This document shows, in pieces, positions 9,100 through 18,072 of a stretch of DNA of 64,000 nucleotides; positions within the stretch are counted from its first letter, which is position 1, and every line of letters starts with the position of its first letter. The DNA is taken from assembly GCA_963804165.1 (NCBI GenBank), contig CAWDPO010000037.1:64001-128000 (forward strand), read 5' to 3'. This DNA is from an uncultured delta proteobacterium (lineage in GTDB: Bacteria > Desulfobacterota > Binatia > UBA9968). The position numbers were made by a program, and so were the translations under genes. Under the pieces are notes generated by a model. The model was not told where the DNA came from and did no database searches. It saw only the letters and a program-made list of their open reading frames with translations.

Positions 9100-11180
9100 G
9101 CGATCCGATCCTCGGCCTGACCATGCTTGGGCTTATCGTGATCGCGATCATGATGGGTTTTCCGACCGCGTTTACGCTCATGGGACTGGGAATGGTCTTT
9201 GGCTTCTTGGCTTTCTGGCTTCCGGGTCAACACTGGTACGATAACCGGGTTTTCGATCTAATGGTCCAGCGGACTTACGGCGTCATGGTCAATGACACGC
9301 TGCTGTCGGTGCCGCTGTTTGTCTTCATGGGTTACATCATGGAACGAGCGGCACTGGTCGACCGGATGTTCCATAGCGTCCAGCTTGCGTTTCGGCGGGT
9401 GCCCGCGTCGCTTGCCGTGACGACGCTTCTAGTCTGCGCGTTCTGGGGGATCGCCTCGGGCATTGTCGGCGCCGTGGTGGTGCTGATGGGCGTGATTGCG
9501 TTGCGTCCGATGCTGAATGCCGGATACGACGTGCGACTCGCCTCCGGCGCGATTGCCGCAGGCGGCACCCTCGGCATATTGATCCCGCCTTCGGTGATGC
9601 TAATTGTCTACGCCGCCGTAGCCGGACAGTCGATCGTGAAACTGTACGCGGCGGCGATGCTGCCGGGCTTTTTCCTCACGTTCCTTTACCTCGTCTACAT
9701 TCTTGGCTGGGCAATCCTCAACCCGAAGATCGCGCCGAAGTTACCGGAAGGCCAATACCAGACCAAGGTGCCGGAATGGCTGAAGCGACTGGAGCGGGGC
9801 CCGTCTCGAAGAGTTGTCGGCGGTTTAATTACTGCCGCACTTCGGCCAGGGGCCCTGCGTGACACGCAAGCGCCAGACGGTGAGTTCATACGGTACGGTA
9901 CAATTCTCAAGAGTATCATCACGCTGCTGGTGCCGTTGACGCTCACGGTTGCCAGCTTCGGCGCTGCCTGGTGGTACGTCACCATTTACAACGCACCCGC
10001 ACAGACGGCAGCTGCCACTTCTGCATCGCAAAGCGTCTCGACACTGGGTGGAGCGACGGTTGCTGACGCTGAGAAGCCGCAGGAGCTCGGCACTGCCCAA
10101 GAAAAGCCCGAAGAGCTCGGCGCGGGGGAGAAACCGCAGGAGCTCGGCGGCGCGGAACCAACGGTGGAGTCAACGGAGCCGACGCCGACTGGCGAAACAC
10201 CGGTGCAGGAAGTGGACTCTGTAGGCGAGTCCACGGCCGCAGCGACGGCGGGAAAGATCCCGGAACACTTCTATGCCTGGTTCTGGGGATTCGCCGCGCT
10301 CGCCGCGGTGCTGCTCGCCATCTACTACTGGCGCATGGACGGCGATCAACTTGAGATCCTGAAGGAACTTGTGGTCTCCGTTGTGCCGCTGGGGGTGCTC
10401 ACTGTCGTAGTGCTCGCGGTGATCCTGTTCGGGATCACGACTGCGACCGAGTCAGCGGGGATCGGGGCGCTCGGCGCGCTGTATTTGGCGGTCATGATGA
10501 AGTACCCCAGCCGCGTTTGGTGGTCGAGCCTTGTTGGGGTGATCGTCGGCGTGGCACTCGGTTGGCCTCGCGGCGGTTTCGTGACGCTGCTTGTGTCGGG
10601 AACTCTCAGCGGCGTGTTTGTGGGAACCGCGGTGCCTTTCCTGTGGGCCCTGCCGCAGTCGCCCGAGCTGCGACAAAACCTCAAGGAGTCGGTATTCCTG
10701 ACGGCGAAAACGACCGCGATGGTGTGCTGGCTTTTCGTCGGCTCGGCGCTGTTTTCCAGCGTCTTTGCGCTGCACGGGGGCCAGGGACTGATCGAGCGCT
10801 GGGTACTCAGCATGAATCTCTCGCCGCTGGGATTTCTCTTCGTTTCTCAGCTGATTATATTCTTGCTGGGTTGGCCTCTCGAATGGACCGAGATCATCGT
10901 GATCTTCTGTCCGATCTTCATTCCACTATTGAGCCACTTCCAGGTGGACCCGATCCTGTTCGGCACCATGGTCGCGGTCAATCTGCAGGCGGCATTCCTG
11001 TCGCCGCCGGTGGCGATGTCGGCTTTCTACTTAAAGGGTGTGGCGCCGCCGCACGTTACGCTCAACCAAATTTTTGCAGGGATGATGCCGTACATGATCA
11101 TCGTCTGTATCTGTTTAATATTCATGTATGCGTGGCCGGGAATGACGCTGTGGTTGCCAGAGTTCCTATACGGCAATTAG
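9096..11180 (+). CDS. dctM: TRAP transporter large permease DctM with a large internal insertion
   Basis: SVPLFVFMG, GTLGILIPPS, TATES, LSPPV; 694 aa; ATGA overlap with dctQ. Confidence 0.88.
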   Translation: MSDPILGLTMLGLIVIAIMMGFPTAFTLMGLGMVFGFLAFWLPGQHWYDNRVFDLMVQRTYGVMVNDTLLSVPLFVFMGYIMERAALVDRMFHSVQLAFRRVPASLAVTTLLVCAFWGIASGIVGAVVVLMGVIALRPMLNAGYDVRLASGAIAAGGTLGILIPPSVMLIVYAAVAGQSIVKLYAAAMLPGFFLTFLYLVYILGWAILNPKIAPKLPEGQYQTKVPEWLKRLERGPSRRVVGGLITAALRPGALRDTQAPDGEFIRYGTILKSIITLLVPLTLTVASFGAAWWYVTIYNAPAQTAAATSASQSVSTLGGATVADAEKPQELGTAQEKPEELGAGEKPQELGGAEPTVESTEPTPTGETPVQEVDSVGESTAAATAGKIPEHFYAWFWGFAALAAVLLAIYYWRMDGDQLEILKELVVSVVPLGVLTVVVLAVILFGITTATESAGIGALGALYLAVMMKYPSRVWWSSLVGVIVGVALGWPRGGFVTLLVSGTLSGVFVGTAVPFLWALPQSPELRQNLKESVFLTAKTTAMVCWLFVGSALFSSVFALHGGQGLIERWVLSMNLSPLGFLFVSQLIIFLLGWPLEWTEIIVIFCPIFIPLLSHFQVDPILFGTMVAVNLQAAFLSPPVAMSAFYLKGVAPPHVTLNQIFAGMMPYMIIVCICLIFMYAWPGMTLWLPEFLYGN
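10071..10148 (+). repeat. Three coding repeats EKP(Q/E)ELG inside dctM
   Basis: GAGAAGCCGCAGGAGCTCGGC and two near-identical copies. Confidence 0.8.
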
Positions 11181-11306
11181 TGCCGCGGCGATAGGCGTCG
11201 CAGCCCTGCGTTCTCAGTCGTCGGGCATCCTCAACGTACTGACCACGTACGTTTCCGGTGCCCTTCTCCTTCGGGCCTTGGGCTGCTAGCTTCTCATTCG
11301 CGGCAC
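11180..11306. repeat. About 127-bp nested-palindrome element (MITE-like or structured RNA)
   Basis: Nested pairs GTGCCGCG/CGCGGCAC, GCAGCCC/GGGCTGC, GGGCATC/GGTGCCC, AACGTAC/GTACGTT. Confidence 0.55.
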
Positions 11307-11352
11307 CAAACGGAAAAGGTGACGATCGAGAACATTAATCTGGAGCAGAATA

Positions 11353-12693
11353 GTGAGCCTGACGAATCTTCATTTAATCTCTGCGTCGGAGGCCGTCCGT
11401 CTGATCCGCGATGGCGTAATCAGCTCGGAGCAGCTGGTCGAAGCCTGTTTAGCGCGCGTGGGTGAGATCGATTCAAAAGTTGAGGCCTGGGCGTTTCTCG
11501 ATCCTGATCACGTTCTCGCACAAGCGCGCGCGGCGGACACGCTTCGCTTGAGCGGTCAACCGATTGGCGAGTTGCACGGTGTGCCGATCGGCATCAAGGA
11601 TATTTTCGACACCGCCGATATGCCGACCGAGAATGGTTCGGTGATCTATGCCGGCCGCACGCCGTCGCGTGATGCGACGGTGGTTTCCATGTTGCGCGCA
11701 GCGGGCGCGGTGATCATGGGCAAGACCGTGACCACCGAGTTCGCCTATTTTTTTCCTGGTAAGACTCGTAATCCGCACAACTCCGAGCATACCCCCGGCG
11801 GTTCGTCGAGCGGCTCAGCGGCGGCGGTCGCCGCTAATATGGTTTCCCTCGCAATAGGCAGCCAGACGAACGGTTCCACTATTCGTCCCGCGGCCTATTG
11901 CGGCGTCGTCGGTTTCAAGCCGACACATGGTTTGATTTCTCGCCACGGCGCATTTGCGCTCTCCCGGACGCTCGATCATGTCGGGCTGTTTGCACGTTCC
12001 ATCGACGACATCGCATTGCTCGCTGCACAGCTTGTTGGATTCGACGAGCACGACGCCGACACGCGCCCGCGAGCGCGCATCCCCTTCGTTGACGTCGGCG
12101 CCGAAGAGCCGCCGTTGCCGCCGATGTTTGCGTTTATTAAGACACCCATGTGGGAACGCGCCGACGAAGATACTAGAGAAGGCTTTGCCGAAATCATCGA
12201 ACAACTTGGTACACAGGTGGAGGAAGTCGAGCTTTTTCCGTCGGCGGAGGAAGCGTGGCAGTGGCACCAGAATATCATGAGCGCGGAAATGGCGCTGAAT
12301 CTCGAGCGCGAATGGAAGCATGGCCGCGATCAGCTATCGGAACAATTGCGCGCGCAGATCGAGCGCGGCCATGAGGTTCGCGCGGTTGACTATCAACGAG
12401 CGTTGGCCCGGATCAATCCAATCCACGAAAGTTTTGTCGAATTGTTCGAGCAGCGTTACGATGCAATTCTCACTCCTGCCGCGCCGAGCGCCGCGCCTAA
12501 AGGTCTTGCCTCCACTGGCGATCCCTCGTTCTGCACACTTTGGACATTGTGCGGCATGCCATGCGTCACATTACCACTGCTGCAAAGCGCGGACGGTCTA
12601 CCGCTCGGCGTACAGCTCGTCGGCCCGCGGCTCGGCGACGCGCGTCTGTTGCGCACGGCGCGATGGCTGGCGGCGAAGATTGCCGTGGCGTGA
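11353..12693 (+). CDS. Amidase (amidase-signature family)
   Basis: GVPIGIKD, TPGGSSSGSAAAV, GSQTNGSTIRPAAYCG, GLPLGVQLVG. Confidence 0.9.
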   Translation: MSLTNLHLISASEAVRLIRDGVISSEQLVEACLARVGEIDSKVEAWAFLDPDHVLAQARAADTLRLSGQPIGELHGVPIGIKDIFDTADMPTENGSVIYAGRTPSRDATVVSMLRAAGAVIMGKTVTTEFAYFFPGKTRNPHNSEHTPGGSSSGSAAAVAANMVSLAIGSQTNGSTIRPAAYCGVVGFKPTHGLISRHGAFALSRTLDHVGLFARSIDDIALLAAQLVGFDEHDADTRPRARIPFVDVGAEEPPLPPMFAFIKTPMWERADEDTREGFAEIIEQLGTQVEEVELFPSAEEAWQWHQNIMSAEMALNLEREWKHGRDQLSEQLRAQIERGHEVRAVDYQRALARINPIHESFVELFEQRYDAILTPAAPSAAPKGLASTGDPSFCTLWTLCGMPCVTLPLLQSADGLPLGVQLVGPRLGDARLLRTARWLAAKIAVA

Positions 12694-12742
12694 GCGTGGC
12701 GACCGCCGGTCGCCACTACAGAGCCGCAATTCAGCGCAAAAC

Positions 12743-13108
12743 CTAATCGTTAGACAGCTCGATGCGATTTCCGTTCGGGTCCGTGATGTAAACTGAATAG
12801 CCCGGGCCGTCGCCATGTATGCGCGTCTCTTCGACTTTGATGCCCTTGTCTTGCAGCTCTTTGATTAGATCCTTGGGGTCGCTTGGCCCTTCGATGTCGA
12901 ACGTGTGATGCGGGACCTGCGGCGCGCGTTTCTCAGAGGCGTCGAAAAGACCGAGACCGGTCTCCCCGGCGCGCAGCCGGTTCACTTTGACGCCGGCCAC
13001 CGTGTGCTGGGTGCGCAACTCGGCGCCTAACGCACCCTGGTAAAAGCGCGTCATCGCATCTAAGTTCTCCGCGTGAAAATTCCATGACCGCAAGCGCAAT
13101 ACTTTCAT
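12743..13108 (-). CDS. VOC/glyoxalase family protein
   Basis: HHTFDI and C-terminal SVYITDPNGNRIEL; ATG 13108 with AAGGAGG RBS. Confidence 0.8.
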   Translation of the reverse strand: MKVLRLRSWNFHAENLDAMTRFYQGALGAELRTQHTVAGVKVNRLRAGETGLGLFDASEKRAPQVPHHTFDIEGPSDPKDLIKELQDKGIKVEETRIHGDGPGYSVYITDPNGNRIELSND

Positions 13109-13237
13109 GGCACTCCCTCCTTGGTGATTTGGTATTGACTCACTAGGATCAAAGTAGCAGGGACCGACGATAGAGGATTGAGGATCGCTACTGTCAATCA
13201 TCGATGTTTGTCGCCTCACTTTCACCAGCCTGTCAAT

Positions 13238-14080
13238 TCAGTGGCTCCAGGCGTGATAGGAGCTGCGCACGAGGGGGCCGGACTCGACGTGACGAAAGCC
13301 CAGCTTTTCTGCTTCGACTTTGAATCCCAGAAATTCTTCCGGGGTGACGTAGCGTTCGACTTTGAGTTGGCGGTTGGACGGCTGCAGATACTGGCCGATG
13401 GTGACGATGTCGACTTTTTGTTCGCGCAGATCGCACAGCGTCGTCATCACTTCCTCGCTTGTTTCGCCGACGCCGAGCATGAAACCGGACTTGGTAAGCA
13501 CGCCGGCGCGAAATTTTTTCGCTTCATGCAAAATATTCAACGAACATTCGTAAGTGTGCCCGGGTCGTACTTTGCCGTAAAGGCGCGGCACGGTTTCGAT
13601 ATTGTGATTGAGGATTTCTATCCCGGATTCGACCACGGTTTTGAGCGCCTGCAAGTTGCCTTCAAAGTCGGGAATCAGCAGTTCCACGCGAATACCGGGA
13701 TTGAGCGCCTTGATCCAGAACACGGTCTTGGCAAAATGCGCTGCGCCACCGTCGGGAAGATCGTCGCGATTGACCGAAGTCACAACGATGTGATCCAAGC
13801 CGAGATCTTTGACGACAAGACCGATATTGCGCGGCTCCTCGGGATCGAGGGCGAGCGGTTTGCCTTTGTCGATGGCGCAAAAACGGCAGCCGCGCGTGCA
13901 GGTGTCGCCGAGAATCAAAAACGTCGCGGTCTTGTTGCCCCAACATTCGCCGATGTTCGGGCAGCGCGCCTCTTCGCAGACCGTGTGGAGGTTTTTCTCC
14001 CGCATGATCCGTTTCAGGCGGAGGTAGTTGGGACTACCTGGACCTTTGACTTTTATCCAGTCGGGATGTCGGCGGGGCAT
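13238..14080 (-). CDS. lipA: Lipoyl synthase
   Basis: CEEARCPNIGEC, CTRGCRFC, VRSSYHA. Confidence 0.97.
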   Translation of the reverse strand: MPRRHPDWIKVKGPGSPNYLRLKRIMREKNLHTVCEEARCPNIGECWGNKTATFLILGDTCTRGCRFCAIDKGKPLALDPEEPRNIGLVVKDLGLDHIVVTSVNRDDLPDGGAAHFAKTVFWIKALNPGIRVELLIPDFEGNLQALKTVVESGIEILNHNIETVPRLYGKVRPGHTYECSLNILHEAKKFRAGVLTKSGFMLGVGETSEEVMTTLCDLREQKVDIVTIGQYLQPSNRQLKVERYVTPEEFLGFKVEAEKLGFRHVESGPLVRSSYHAWSH

Positions 14081-14090
14081 TTACTTAACG

Positions 14091-14130
14091 GGTTCCGATC
14101 GTTCAAGTCGTTCAAAACGTTTCAATCGTT
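14091..14130. repeat. Short degenerate 9-mer tandem repeat at the lipB/lipA junction
   Basis: GTTCCGATC GTTCAAGTC GTTCAAAAC GTTTCAATC GTT. Confidence 0.5.
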
Positions 14131-14807
14131 GCGTCGGATTCGGAATTCAACGCACCGGTGTGGCAATCGAATTCCAAGCCTTCTTTGACGTCGGCATAGC
14201 CGAATAGTTCAGCGAAGTGACGGAGAAAACTATCTCTTACCCGCTCTGCGTTTTGCTCTTTGCCAAGCTCTTTCGCCATCGAAGTTACGTCGGCCCAAGC
14301 GAGACCGCAGGGGATGATGCGCTTGAAGTAAATTAGATCCGGATTCACGTTCAGTGCCAGGCCGTGGAAGGTGATACAGCGGCGCACGGCCACGCCGATG
14401 GCGGCGATCTTTTGATCGCCGATCCAAATTCCCGTGAAGGGTGGCCGGCGCGTGCCTGTAAGGCCGAAGTCTTTCAAGGTTCGAATGGTGGATAATTCGA
14501 GATTCCGCACGTAACGATGCACGTCCTTGCGCAGCTTCGAGCGCAGATCGATGATGGGATAAACCACTAATTGCCCGGGACCATGATAAGTCACATCGCC
14601 GCCTCGACTGGTGCGGTAGACTGGAACGTCCTTAGCGCTCAGAACATTCGATTCCTTACCGCCGCGGCCAAGAGTGTAAACATGGGGATGCTCGACGAAA
14701 AGTAGAATGTCGGCGGAGGACTCACGCTGCTTAGATTCGACGAGGCGTTCTTGCAACTTGAGGACAGCGAGATAGTCCACCCGCCCAAGATCCTGGTAGT
14801 GAAGCAT
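14112..14807 (-). CDS. lipB: Lipoyl(octanoyl) transferase
   Basis: EHPHVYTLG, RGGDVTYHGPGQ, KIAAIG, IIPCG. Confidence 0.95.
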   Translation of the reverse strand: MLHYQDLGRVDYLAVLKLQERLVESKQRESSADILLFVEHPHVYTLGRGGKESNVLSAKDVPVYRTSRGGDVTYHGPGQLVVYPIIDLRSKLRKDVHRYVRNLELSTIRTLKDFGLTGTRRPPFTGIWIGDQKIAAIGVAVRRCITFHGLALNVNPDLIYFKRIIPCGLAWADVTSMAKELGKEQNAERVRDSFLRHFAELFGYADVKEGLEFDCHTGALNSESDATIETF

Positions 14808-14940
14808 GATCTAAACTTTTATCGTCCGCGCCTTCGACTTTCAAGTTACATCGTTTTTGTTCGGCTATCGTATCCTTGCTCTCCCGCGGTCACTGCGCGT
14901 AGAATCGCGAAACTTAGCCGGCCACAAGAAGCTCACTGCC

Positions 14941-16092
14941 ATGCCCCGCATCTTCGACAATATAGATCAGCAACTGCTTCCCGCGTTGCGCGAGACGCTT
15001 GAGATTTCTTCGAGAGCTGACTTTTGCGTCGGTTATTTTAATCTCCGCGGATGGAAGCAGATTGATTCCTATATCGAATCTTGGGCCGGTGGGGATAGCC
15101 ACTGTTGCCGTTTGCTCGTCGGGATGGCGAAGCTCCCTCAGGATGAGCTTCTCGATGCGTTCAGTCTCGTCAGGCATGACGATGAACTCGACAATCAGAC
15201 GGCAGTTCGGCTGAAAAACCGGCTCGCCGAAGAGTTTCGAGCCCAACTGACGATCGGCATGCCGACCAACGACGATGAAGCGGGACTGCGTCGACTCGCA
15301 GCTCAGATCAGAGCCAAGAAAGTCGTAGTAAAACTATTTCTCCGTCATCCCCTACACGCAAAACTCTATTTGCTTCATTTGCCACATCCCATCAATCCGA
15401 TCGTTGGTTACTTGGGAAGCAGCAACCTTACGTTCGCAGGTCTGGCGAAACAGGGCGAACTTAACGTCGACGTGCTAGATCACGACGCTTGCAACAAGTT
15501 AGCTAGGTGGTTCGAAGACCGTTGGAACGACCGCTGGTGCATGTTCTACAGCGGGACAGGGCGGCACAGAATCTTTTACTCACGAAAGGTCGGCTACTTC
15601 CTGCAAATTCTGAACTTCGTATCGCGAGTTCTCGACGGCAAAGGCGGCAGTCGTCCTCCGTCTGAGTTTAAAGACCTTGGATTCACAACGGAAGAACACG
15701 CCGCGCACACGTTGTGTTGCCTTAACTCGAATTTGTTCTACTGGTTTGTAACCGTATTTTCCGATTGCCGTCACGTCAACAAGCGCGAAATCGACGCATT
15801 CCCCATCAATCTCCAAGCATTGGCTGCAAGTACGGCAAAGAAGCCGCTCTTGAAATTGGCCAGAACTTTGATGGACGATTTGCAAAGGAATTCTGAGAAC
15901 CGGACGATGCGATTTCATCACGACACGTTGACCGTTCAGTGTATCTATCCGAAATCCAGCAAGTCTATCATCGACGAAATCGACCGGGTGCTGGCGGCGC
16001 ACTACGGGTTCACGGATGAGGAGTTGGACTTCATTATCAATTACGACATCAAGTACCGGATGGGGCGCGACGCGGAAATCGAAAAGGAATGA
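14941..16092 (+). CDS. Chimeric ORF: N-terminal PLD-family nuclease domain fused in frame to the C-terminus of a type IIG/Eco57I-like restriction-modification enzyme; probable deletion remnant
   Basis: MPRIFDNI...VGYFNLRGW...LHAKLY...GSSNLT...GELN in the first 200 aa; CLNSNLFYWF...IIDEIDRVLAAHYGFTDEELDFIINYDIKYRMG in the last 183 aa; no helicase or MTase catalytic motifs between them. Confidence 0.65.
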   Translation: MPRIFDNIDQQLLPALRETLEISSRADFCVGYFNLRGWKQIDSYIESWAGGDSHCCRLLVGMAKLPQDELLDAFSLVRHDDELDNQTAVRLKNRLAEEFRAQLTIGMPTNDDEAGLRRLAAQIRAKKVVVKLFLRHPLHAKLYLLHLPHPINPIVGYLGSSNLTFAGLAKQGELNVDVLDHDACNKLARWFEDRWNDRWCMFYSGTGRHRIFYSRKVGYFLQILNFVSRVLDGKGGSRPPSEFKDLGFTTEEHAAHTLCCLNSNLFYWFVTVFSDCRHVNKREIDAFPINLQALAASTAKKPLLKLARTLMDDLQRNSENRTMRFHHDTLTVQCIYPKSSKSIIDEIDRVLAAHYGFTDEELDFIINYDIKYRMGRDAEIEKE

Positions 16093-16139
16093 GCGCTCCG
16101 GCAGGAACCGTTACTAAGCGTTGTAAGAAATAGAGATAG

Positions 16140-16391
16140 ATGGACTACATATTAACCCAGCATGCTCAAGACTTGCTCTTGAGACGGAATATTCCAATCG
16201 CTTGGATCGAGCGCACCCTTGACGCTCCCGCTAAAATTGACTCTGACCGGATTGACGACACGCTGGAGCACCGCTTGGCGCCTATACCTGAGCATGGTCA
16301 TCGTGTGCTCCGTGTGATAATTAATAAGTCATCGAATCCTGTGAGGGTTGTGACGTTCTATTTTGATAGGAATATGAGGGACAGAATATGA
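16140..16391 (+). CDS. DUF4258-family putative RelE-like toxin
   Basis: YILTQHA...RRNI...RVLRVIIN...VVTFYFDR; ATGA overlap with the next gene. Confidence 0.7.
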   Translation: MDYILTQHAQDLLLRRNIPIAWIERTLDAPAKIDSDRIDDTLEHRLAPIPEHGHRVLRVIINKSSNPVRVVTFYFDRNMRDRI

Positions 16392-16588
16392 AACTCAAAA
16401 TCGACCGCGAAGCTGACGCACTATATTTGACCCTTGATGATTCTAAAATCATTGACTCAGAAGAGGTGTCTCCGGGAATCGTCGTTGATCTCAATGACGA
16501 AAACCAGATAGTGGGCATTGAAATCTTGCACCTCTCAAAGCGCTCACCGAGATTAAACGCTCGGGCGCTACAATTTGAAACAGTCTAA
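16388..16588 (+). CDS. DUF2283-family protein (putative antitoxin)
   Basis: DREADALYL...SEEVSPGIVVD...IVGIEIL. Confidence 0.75.
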   Translation: MKLKIDREADALYLTLDDSKIIDSEEVSPGIVVDLNDENQIVGIEILHLSKRSPRLNARALQFETV

Positions 16589-16594
16589 ATTGCA

Positions 16595-16834
16595 ATGGAA
16601 GCGAAACTGACATTTAAATACGATCGTCAAGGAGACATTCTCTACATCAACAAGACGCCACCCTATCCCGAACAGGAGTCTGAGGAACTGGGTGACGAGG
16701 TCATCGCCAGGCTCAACCCAAAAACCGGGGAGATCGAAAATCTCGACGTATTGTTTTTCTCAACTCGGCTCCTTCGTAGCGATTTGTTTGAACTGGCCAT
16801 CACTGCGGACCTGCGTTTAGCGAGAAAGAACTAG
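16595..16834 (+). CDS. Second DUF2283-like protein
   Basis: FKYDRQGDILYI...SEELGDEVIARLNPKTGEIENL. Confidence 0.6.
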   Translation: MEAKLTFKYDRQGDILYINKTPPYPEQESEELGDEVIARLNPKTGEIENLDVLFFSTRLLRSDLFELAITADLRLARKN

Positions 16835-16989
16835 CTAAGAAATAAAGGAAACGCGCTCAAGCGTGCAACCGCAGCCCATGCCTCGGCTCAAAATGATTTT
16901 ACCGTCTTGAGTCGCTCCTGTAGAGATAATCCGTCAGTTAGAGGAACAGCCGTATCGCTGGCCCATCGATCTCGCGTAGAACTTCATGG

Positions 16990-17541
16990 ATGAATCCAAC
17001 GGTACTCAACTCAACCGCCGCTGATTATCCCGCCCGTTTGCGTGAGCGTTTGGGCGAACACGCTCCCAAAACCTTGACCGCCCTTGGCGCCGTCGCATCG
17101 CTGTCACAACCTAAAGCTGCACTGTTTTGCTCTGTCCGTTGCCCCGGTGACGCTATCCTTCGGGCCTACGACGTGGCCCGAAAACTCCGCGATGAAGGCG
17201 TGACCATCGTTAGTGGGTTTCACTCGCCTGTGGAGAAGGAATGCCTGCGGATTCTCTTACGAGGCAAACAGCCTATTATCATTTGTTTGGCGCGCTCTCT
17301 GGAGAAGATTCGAATACCGGTTGCATGGCGCGGAGGGTTAGATACTGGTCGCTTGCTCCTGCTCTCGCCATTCGAGAAGCGTCCGAGACGCCCGACAGTC
17401 GAATCGTCACATCAACGAAACGACCTCGTGGCAGCCTTGGCCGACGAGGTTCTGATCATCCACGCTGAACCGGGCGGGAGCATCGAGCAAATTAGCAAGT
17501 TGGTTGACCGTTGGAGCGTCCCAAGACGAGAATTGGGATAA
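16990..17541 (+). CDS. Short DprA/Smf-like SLOG-fold protein
   Basis: YPARL, VSGFHSP, LLLSPF, QRNDLVAALADEVLI...PGGS; no DprA SAM or winged-helix domains. Confidence 0.65.
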   Translation: MNPTVLNSTAADYPARLRERLGEHAPKTLTALGAVASLSQPKAALFCSVRCPGDAILRAYDVARKLRDEGVTIVSGFHSPVEKECLRILLRGKQPIIICLARSLEKIRIPVAWRGGLDTGRLLLLSPFEKRPRRPTVESSHQRNDLVAALADEVLIIHAEPGGSIEQISKLVDRWSVPRRELG

Positions 17542-17560
17542 GCCCCGACTACATACTACG

Positions 17561-17929
17561 ATGTCACGCTTGAAGGAAAACAAACCCCGCGAGCGACGGA
17601 TTGAAATGGAGGTTGTCGTCGACGCGTACAACTCTGAGGAGCGGGCGATGGGCTGGTATTATTACCTTGAGGAGAGGCTGAAATTCCCCTTTAAAGCCCG
17701 CTGCAAATCCAAGCGCGAGGTCTCACCTTTGCGCCTTGGGGAAGAGGTCGAAGTCCTAGGGATGGCTCCCGAAGCGGAGTGTGGATCTGAAATGTTTGTT
17801 CGCGTGCGGTGGAGTGACCGCAGACTGGCGGTGCCGCTGTCGCAGTTGGAACCGTTGGCAGCGGACGCTAAAACCAAGGACGCCGTTGCTGATTGGCATT
17901 ACTGGGTGGGCCGGGGCTATGAATTCTGA
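17561..17929 (+). CDS. CcbP-like ('calcium-binding') family protein
   Basis: IEMEVVVDAY...GWYYYLEERLKFPF...LAVPLSQL...DWHYW. Confidence 0.65.
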   Translation: MSRLKENKPRERRIEMEVVVDAYNSEERAMGWYYYLEERLKFPFKARCKSKREVSPLRLGEEVEVLGMAPEAECGSEMFVRVRWSDRRLAVPLSQLEPLAADAKTKDAVADWHYWVGRGYEF

Positions 17930-18072
17930 GTTTCGCATCGGATACGAGATGAAACCCTTTCTGCGGCACGAGACCAAGAGCGACTTCGAATAAGAATTTT
18001 CCGGGTGTTGATTTCGATGTTGTCCCGGGCCTATTTCTATTGTGAGCTCGTGGAAAATTTGGCGCAATCCAT

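Noticed and set aside
13178-14188. Long antisense or alternate-frame ORFs (e.g. 13178..14188, 58456..59499, 62296..63303, 31790..32467)
   Set aside because: They overlap well-supported genes and lack motifs; expected in GC-rich DNA
14941-17541. Naming the islet as DISARM, BREX or Thoeris
   Set aside because: The required partner genes are absent; only a PLD domain, an R-M C-terminus and a lone SLOG protein are visible
17561-17929. Calcium-signalling role for the CcbP-like protein
   Set aside because: Only a family-name resemblance; nothing in the sequence or context supports that function
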